55,236 nucleotides of DNA, taken from an uncultured Sulfurospirillum sp. (GTDB lineage: Bacteria; Campylobacterota; Campylobacteria; Campylobacterales; QNZT01). A program made the translations under genes and the position numbers. Below the pieces are notes generated by a model. The model had not been told where the DNA came from. It searched no databases and saw only the letters and a list, made by a program, of their open reading frames with translations. The stretch lies in the NCBI GenBank assembly GCA_964651755.1, contig CAZYZD010000003.1:1-55236 (forward strand). The letters run 5' to 3'. Below, in pieces: positions 49,018 through 55,236 of the stretch. Positions within the stretch are counted from its first letter, which is position 1. Every line of letters begins with the position of its first letter.

Positions 49018-49161
49018 TCAAACTCTTTATTTAATATTCAAAAACTAAAATATTTTAACAAAGCACCACTTAATCTAAATCTGTTACATATCTGTTGATC
49101 CAAGCCTTTTATCAGAGAAAGAGTGCTAATATACGCGAAATTTTATACTAAAAGGATTCTT

Positions 49162-49440
49162 ATGCAACCACAGGCACAGGGGAGTTTGTTAACTTCGATG
49201 TTACCGTTGATCGTACTTTTCGCAATTTTCTATTTTTTGATTATCCGTCCTCAGCAAAAACAGGCAAAAGAGCATAAAGAGATGCTTGCAGCACTTAAAA
49301 AAGGGGACAAAATAGTAACAAGCGGTGGTTTGATGGCAGAAGTTGTCAAAGCGGAAGAAGATTATGTTAAAGCAAAAATCAATGACGATACTGTTGTAAA
49401 AATCGCCAAAGAGTATGTTGCACGTAAAATAGAAGCGTAA
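49162..49440 (+). CDS. yajC: Preprotein translocase subunit YajC
   Basis: FYFLIIRPQQK and LKKGDKIVTSGG; ATG 49162 after AAGGA. Confidence 0.96.
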   Translation: MQPQAQGSLLTSMLPLIVLFAIFYFLIIRPQQKQAKEHKEMLAALKKGDKIVTSGGLMAEVVKAEEDYVKAKINDDTVVKIAKEYVARKIEA

Positions 49441-49455
49441 AAGGTCGCAAATTAG

Positions 49456-51024
49456 ATGAATTTCAGACTTATTATATTTATAGTTGCCATTATTTTTGGT
49501 ATAGGGCTTTCACTGCCATCGTTTCTGCAGACGGAAAAAGGAGCCAAGATCAACCTTGGACTCGATCTGCAGGGTGGCTTGCATATGCTGCTTGGTGTAC
49601 AGACAGAAGAGGCGATTAAATCGAAAATCAAATCACTCGCTTCTACCATTAAATTCTATACGGATGATGAAGAGATCATTATCGATGATTTGAAAATAGA
49701 TGATGATTCTGTCTCTCTGACACTGCTTGACAAAGATGAAAAACCTGCTCTTGATAAAATGCTTAAAGAGATCAAAGGGCTGGATATCAAAGAGGAAAAT
49801 CTGCATTATACTATCAGACTTACACCCAAAGAGAGCGAAGCAGTGAAAAAGTTTGCAATCCAGCAGGCAGTAGATACTATCCGTAACCGTCTCGATCAAT
49901 TCGGACTTGCCGAACCTACTGTTGCAAAACAGGGAAAAGAGAAGATACTTGTAGAGCTGCCGGGTATTAAAACGCCGGAAGAGGAGAAGCGTGCACGTGA
50001 ACTGATTGCTAAAGCTGCGCATCTACAACTGATGGCAGTAGATGAAAAACGTGCGGATCAGGTTTACAAACTGACTCCGGATGAAGCTTCCGAGTATGGT
50101 GATGTTATTTTGCATGATGTAAAAAACAAACAGCAAAAGTATCTTTTAAAAGCAGTTCCCGTACTTGACGGAAGTATGCTCACAGATGCCAGAGTTGCAT
50201 TTGATCAGTCCAACCAGCCGGTAATCAACTTTACACTTAACAGCGAAGGTGCCAAAATATTCGGGAATTTTTCCGGTGAAAATGTAGGCAAACGTATGGC
50301 AGTTGTTTTGGATAATGTTGTCTACTCCGCACCTGTTATCAGGGAAAGAATCGGCGGAGGAAGCGGGCAGATCAGCGGAGGATTTACAGTACAGGAAGCA
50401 CATGATATCGCGATTGCACTTCGTAGTGGCGCGCTGCTTGCTCCCGTGGTACTGCTTGAAAAACGGAGTGTTGGTCCTTCACTTGGTGCAGACAGCATCA
50501 AAGCAAGTATGATTGCTCTGATCAGCGGTTTTGTACTGGTATTTTTGTTTATGATTGTCTATTACGGTTATTCCGGTCTTATTTCGGATATTGCACTGGT
50601 AGCCAACCTCTTTTTGATTATCGCTGTAATGGCGCTCTTTGGCGCGACACTGACACTGCCGGGTATGGCAGGTATCGTTTTGACGGTGGGTATGGCGGTA
50701 GATGCCAATGTCATTATCAATGAACGTATACGTGAACTTTTAAAAGAGGGAGTCAATGTTAAATCAGCAATTGAAAAAGGGTATGACAATGCGATGAGTG
50801 CTATTCTTGATGCCAATATTACGACATTGATAGCAGCTGTTGTGCTCTATGCCTACGGTACAGGACCTATTAAAGGATTTGCCGTAACGATTGCAATCGG
50901 TATCCTGGCTTCTATGCTGACGGCAATACTCGGTACACACGGTGTCTATACCTATCTGATGCCGCGTATCCAGAAGAGTAAAAATCTCAAAGCGTGGTTT
51001 GGGATTGAAAAAGGAGTGAAATAG
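49456..51024 (+). CDS. secD: Protein translocase subunit SecD
   Basis: [20 protein letters not shown] and [10 protein letters not shown] motifs. Confidence 0.98.
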   Translation: MNFRLIIFIVAIIFGIGLSLPSFLQTEKGAKINLGLDLQGGLHMLLGVQTEEAIKSKIKSLASTIKFYTDDEEIIIDDLKIDDDSVSLTLLDKDEKPALDKMLKEIKGLDIKEENLHYTIRLTPKESEAVKKFAIQQAVDTIRNRLDQFGLAEPTVAKQGKEKILVELPGIKTPEEEKRARELIAKAAHLQLMAVDEKRADQVYKLTPDEASEYGDVILHDVKNKQQKYLLKAVPVLDGSMLTDARVAFDQSNQPVINFTLNSEGAKIFGNFSGENVGKRMAVVLDNVVYSAPVIRERIGGGSGQISGGFTVQEAHDIAIALRSGALLAPVVLLEKRSVGPSLGADSIKASMIALISGFVLVFLFMIVYYGYSGLISDIALVANLFLIIAVMALFGATLTLPGMAGIVLTVGMAVDANVIINERIRELLKEGVNVKSAIEKGYDNAMSAILDANITTLIAAVVLYAYGTGPIKGFAVTIAIGILASMLTAILGTHGVYTYLMPRIQKSKNLKAWFGIEKGVK

Positions 51025-51996
51025 ATGGAAATTTTCAAATCGGACGAAATATATGACTTTATGTCTAAAAGCAAGATTTTTCTGGGTATTTCACTCATAA
51101 TGATGCTGGCTTCTTACGCGTTGCTCTTTACGAAAGGGTTGAATTACGGTATCGACTTTGCCGGCGGTACACTGGTGCAGGTAAAGTATGATCAGCCTGC
51201 TCCGATACAGAAGATCAGAGAACTTCTGAAAAAAGATGAAATGTTTGCATCAGCTTCTGTGACGGAGTTTGGATCACCGGAAGAGGTTATCATCAAAATT
51301 CCAACTTCTTCAAAATCTGTTAGTACGGATATTGGAGACAAAGCAAGAACATTACTCAAAGAGAGTGGAAAATTTGAAGTACGCCGTGTCGATATGGTAG
51401 GACCGAAAGTAGGTAACGAATTGAGAGAGAAAGGTTTGATGGCAATGGCGCTTTCTATCCTGGTCATTCTTATCTATGTCTCCTTCCGTTTTGAGTGGCG
51501 TTTTGCACTTGCGTCAATTTTTGCACTTGTACATGATGTCTCTATAGCGCTAGGTGCGATTTCACTCTTCAATATCGATGTCAATCTGGATATTCTTGCA
51601 GCGATACTGACTATTCTCGGATACTCTTTGAATGATACCATTATCGTTTTTGACAGAATCAGAGAGGGAATTCAACAGAGTAAAATATACGATCTTTTTC
51701 AGATTATCAATGAATCAATTACCAAAACTTTATCCAGAACAACACTTACTTCACTGACAACTTTTTTCGTTGTCCTGACACTCTTTTTGTTTGGCGGTGA
51801 GATTATCCACGGATTCAGTTTTACAATGCTGGTCGGCGTGATTGTCGGTACATACAGTTCTATTTTTATTGCATCTCCGTTTCTCAAGTGGCTTGGATTC
51901 AGTGTGGAAGAGTATAAGAAGCGGCTGGCAGAGAAAGAGAAGATACGCAAAGAGAAAGAGCGTATGCGTAAAGAGTTTGAAGGGGGCGTCGTTTAG
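51025..51996 (+). CDS. secF: Protein translocase subunit SecF
   Basis: GIDFAGG, VGPKVG and GYSLNDTIIVFDRIRE motifs. Confidence 0.98.
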   Translation: MEIFKSDEIYDFMSKSKIFLGISLIMMLASYALLFTKGLNYGIDFAGGTLVQVKYDQPAPIQKIRELLKKDEMFASASVTEFGSPEEVIIKIPTSSKSVSTDIGDKARTLLKESGKFEVRRVDMVGPKVGNELREKGLMAMALSILVILIYVSFRFEWRFALASIFALVHDVSIALGAISLFNIDVNLDILAAILTILGYSLNDTIIVFDRIREGIQQSKIYDLFQIINESITKTLSRTTLTSLTTFFVVLTLFLFGGEIIHGFSFTMLVGVIVGTYSSIFIASPFLKWLGFSVEEYKKRLAEKEKIRKEKERMRKEFEGGVV

Positions 51997-51998
51997 AG

Positions 51999-52337
51999 AT
52001 GGATTGGGGTAAAGTTGTATTTATATTTTTCGCATTGATGAGCCTGACTACTACTGCAGGTTATCTCTATGACCACAATACGATTGCACTTTTTATTGCA
52101 ACCAGTATCAATCTGGTCTCAACACTTCTGAAAATCGGTGTGAAAAATATACTTTCTGCAGAACTTTTTGCATCCTCTCTGGTTGCTGATCTGCACCTTA
52201 TCCCCGCTTTTCTTTATGAAACACTGGCACAGGATGTTCAGGCTGCTATTGCTATGGCGATAGGAGCAGTCCTTGCCAACCTTTTTTCAATGGCGCTTGT
52301 ACTGGTGGAAGCGTCCAAAGTCCAGGAGGAGTTTTAA
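51999..52337 (+). CDS. Small membrane protein, DUF6394-like
   Basis: Four hydrophobic helices with the SLVADLHLIPAF motif; located between secF and leuS. Confidence 0.75.
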   Translation: MDWGKVVFIFFALMSLTTTAGYLYDHNTIALFIATSINLVSTLLKIGVKNILSAELFASSLVADLHLIPAFLYETLAQDVQAAIAMAIGAVLANLFSMALVLVEASKVQEEF

Positions 52338-52426
52338 TAACAACTCTTTTTACCAAAGTCAGAGAGTAGTATCTCTTTGACATATAAATTCTATGTTTAA
52401 ACACTACATGACAGGAGTCCATATCT

Positions 52427-54868
52427 ATGGAATATAAACCATCCCAAATCGAACAAAAATGGCAGAAAAAATGGCAGGAAGAGCGTGCGTTTGAACCTTC
52501 CGAAGATAAATCACTGCCCAAAAAATATATCCTCAGTATGTTTCCCTATCCAAGCGGACGGATACATATGGGACATGTCAGGAACTATACTATTTCCGAT
52601 GCAATTGCAAGACATTACCGTAAACAAGGATTTAATGTATTGCATCCTATAGGTTGGGACAGCTTTGGTATGCCGGCAGAAAATGCTGCAATCAAACATA
52701 AACTGCACCCCAAAAAGTGGACATATGAAAATATAGACTATATGCGCAAAGAGCTTGCAACTTTGGGACTCTCTTTCTCCAAAGAACGGGAATTTGCCAC
52801 ATCCGATCCTCTCTATACAAAATTTGAGCAGGAATTTATTATCAAAATGTTCGAAGAGGGACTTCTTTATGAAAAAAAACAGAATGTCAACTGGTGTCAA
52901 ACTTGTCATACGGTTCTGGCCAATGAACAAGTTATAGAGGGATGCTGCTGGCGCTGTGACAATGAAGTGGAACAAAAGGAGATGCCCGGTTACTATATCA
53001 GGATTACACAATATGCACAGGAGTTGCTGGATGATTTGGAGAAACTGAAAGAGGGGTGGCCAAAGCAGGTGATCACAATGCAGGAGAACTGGATCGGACG
53101 CAGCGAAGGACTCTCTTTTACCCTGCACCTTCATGAAACATCAGTTGAAAAGCTGCAAAACAAATTTGCCTCTTTTGATGTCTTTACCACCAGACCTGAT
53201 ACCATCTATGGTGTAAGTTATACGGCACTTGCGCCGGAGCATCGTATTGTTAAATACTTGATAGAAAACAAACTTCTTTCAGAGGAGAAGATCACCAAAA
53301 TCAACGAAATGCAGATGATGCCGGAAAAAGAGCGTGCTACAGCAGAAAAAGAGGGTGTTGCACTGGAAATAGATGTCATTCATCCACTGACCGGTGCCAA
53401 AATCCCGGTATGGGTTGCAAATTTTGTACTGGCAGGTTATGGCGGCGGTGCGGTAATGGCTGTACCGGCACATGATCAGAGAGATTATGAGTTTGCAGCA
53501 AAATACAATCTTCCGGTAAAAGAGGTCATCAGCTCTCCTGAAAGTAATCTTGAAAAAGAGGCATATACACTTGAAGGTACACTAGTAAATAGTGAAACAT
53601 TTGACGGATTAGCCAATACCAAAGCCAAAAAAGAGATTATCAAACTTTTTGAAGCCAAAGGAATTGGTAAAAAAGAGATCAATTATAAACTCAGAGACTG
53701 GGGTATTAGCCGTCAGCGTTACTGGGGAGCACCAATTCCATTCATTCACTGTTCTTCATGCGGTTTGGTTCCTGAAAAAATCGAAAATCTACCTGTCACT
53801 TTACCCGACGATGTAGAGATTACAGGTGAGGGGAATCCTCTTGAAAAACATCCTACCTGGAAAAAGTGCCATTGTCCCAGATGTGGAGCCGAGGCAACCA
53901 GGGAAACAGATACGATGGATACCTTCGTGCAGAGTTCATGGTATTTTCTGCGTTACTGTACGCCAAATGCAGAAGATCTTCCCTTCAGACGTGAAGATAT
54001 AGACTACTGGATGAGTGTAGATCAGTATGTCGGAGGTATCGAGCATGCTATTTTACATCTGCTGTATGCCAGATTTTTTACCAAAGCACTGCGTGATTTA
54101 GGCTATATCAACGTAGATGAACCTTTCAGCAATCTTCTGACACAGGGAATGGTGCTTAAAGATGGTGCCAAGATGAGTAAATCCAAAGGCAATACCGTTG
54201 ATCCCGATGAGTTGATTGCAAAATATGGTGCCGATACTGCAAGACTTTTTATTTTATTTGCTGCACCGCCGCAAAAAGAGTTGGAGTGGAACGACTCCGC
54301 TGTAGAGGGCGCTTTTAAATTTATACGTCGTCTGGTGGACAGATCGAGTCATATTACTGAGAAAACCCTGCCTCAGATTGATCATAAATCACTCTCGAAA
54401 GAGGAGAAGCTTGCACGTAAAAAAGTGTATGAAGCATTGATCAAATCAAATGAAATCTACACCCAGAGAAGCTTTACTTTCAATACGGTCATCGCAGCAG
54501 CGATGGAAGCGCTCAATGCCCTCAATCAGCAGAAAAATCCAGAGGTTTGGAGTGAGGGGTATTATGTTTTACTGCATATTCTTGAACCGATTATTCCGCA
54601 TATCTGCTGGGAGTTAAGCGCACACTTTTTTAACCTTGAAAACTTTAATACTATTGCCGTACTGCAGGAGGTTCTGGAAGAAGACAGCATCACACTTGCC
54701 GTTACCATCAATGGTAAAAAAAGAGATGAGATAGAAGTTTCCGCCGGTGCATCCAAAGAGGAGATACTCTCTCTGGCAAAAACACAATGCGCCAAATGGC
54801 TTGAAGGAAAACAAATTGTCAAAGAGATCTATGTACCAAACAAACTTGTCAATCTGGTGGTAAAATAA
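52427..54868 (+). CDS. leuS: Leucine--tRNA ligase
   Basis: [20 protein letters not shown] editing domain, KMSKS. Confidence 0.99.
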   Translation: MEYKPSQIEQKWQKKWQEERAFEPSEDKSLPKKYILSMFPYPSGRIHMGHVRNYTISDAIARHYRKQGFNVLHPIGWDSFGMPAENAAIKHKLHPKKWTYENIDYMRKELATLGLSFSKEREFATSDPLYTKFEQEFIIKMFEEGLLYEKKQNVNWCQTCHTVLANEQVIEGCCWRCDNEVEQKEMPGYYIRITQYAQELLDDLEKLKEGWPKQVITMQENWIGRSEGLSFTLHLHETSVEKLQNKFASFDVFTTRPDTIYGVSYTALAPEHRIVKYLIENKLLSEEKITKINEMQMMPEKERATAEKEGVALEIDVIHPLTGAKIPVWVANFVLAGYGGGAVMAVPAHDQRDYEFAAKYNLPVKEVISSPESNLEKEAYTLEGTLVNSETFDGLANTKAKKEIIKLFEAKGIGKKEINYKLRDWGISRQRYWGAPIPFIHCSSCGLVPEKIENLPVTLPDDVEITGEGNPLEKHPTWKKCHCPRCGAEATRETDTMDTFVQSSWYFLRYCTPNAEDLPFRREDIDYWMSVDQYVGGIEHAILHLLYARFFTKALRDLGYINVDEPFSNLLTQGMVLKDGAKMSKSKGNTVDPDELIAKYGADTARLFILFAAPPQKELEWNDSAVEGAFKFIRRLVDRSSHITEKTLPQIDHKSLSKEEKLARKKVYEALIKSNEIYTQRSFTFNTVIAAAMEALNALNQQKNPEVWSEGYYVLLHILEPIIPHICWELSAHFFNLENFNTIAVLQEVLEEDSITLAVTINGKKRDEIEVSAGASKEEILSLAKTQCAKWLEGKQIVKEIYVPNKLVNLVVK

Positions 54869-54869
54869 T

Positions 54870-55236
54870 TTGCGTTACTATCTGCTGATTATCTTCTCAC
54901 TTTTGGTTGTTTCATGTGGTTACAAACCGACTATGATCTACTCAAAAGAGATTTTGGGAGATCGTATCTTTGTAGAAGTAAAAACCAGTCTGAAAGATCC
55001 CGAAAATACGGTACTTATCAGAGATGCAGTGAACGAAGCGGTAATTACACGGTTTCGTTCGCGTATTGTACCGCGTCAAAATGCCGACGCTATCCTGCGG
55101 ATGGAGTTAAAGAGAGTCTCGTTTTTGCCGATACAGTATGATAAGAACGGTTATGTTATTGCATACAAAACATATGTGGATCTTGCGACACACTACACAG
55201 ACAAAAACGGGCATCAGGGGACAATCACTTCCAGAG
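54870..55236 (+). CDS. lptE: LPS assembly lipoprotein LptE (partial, runs off the window end)
   Basis: TTG 54870 gives (M)RYYLLIIFSLLVVSCGYKP...DPENTVLIRDAVNEAV, open to the window edge; the usual position after leuS. Confidence 0.8.
   Translation, partial: MRYYLLIIFSLLVVSCGYKPTMIYSKEILGDRIFVEVKTSLKDPENTVLIRDAVNEAVITRFRSRIVPRQNADAILRMELKRVSFLPIQYDKNGYVIAYKTYVDLATHYTDKNGHQGTITSR

Noticed and set aside
54914-55141. 75-aa plus-strand ORF at the window end
   Set aside because: Out-of-frame overlap with the lptE reading frame that starts at 54870.

Overview
Mostly core chromosome of a free-living Campylobacterota (Epsilonproteobacteria) bacterium. The assignment rests on gene content and order: stand-alone atpB, gatB, gpsA, epsilon-type dapD, radA-ftsY-tlpA opposite ygfA-rny-dedA, der-aroK, kdsA, and lnt opposite yajC-secDF-leuS-lptE. 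The genus cannot be fixed from sequence alone. The first ~1.7 kb looks accessory. It holds a single-spacer CRISPR mini-array (30-nt repeat ending ATTGAAAT, 36-nt spacer, degenerate second repeat, no cas genes in the window), a perfect 9-1-9 palindrome upstream of it, an orphan octaheme cytochrome c, and the decayed left end of an IS3-family element. Other signals not shown by the ORF track: a 52-aa four-Cys small protein with its own promoter and SD; a ~175-nt long-range-paired RNA upstream of a DEAD-box helicase (6S-like or cis-regulatory candidate); four probable leaderless genes; sigma28-type promoters before both EAL phosphodiesterase units; an internal SD/ATG that could release a free Hpt domain; and ~111-aa tandem repeats in TamB. 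No rRNA or tRNA genes were recognised. All calls come from reading motifs by eye; no searches were run.
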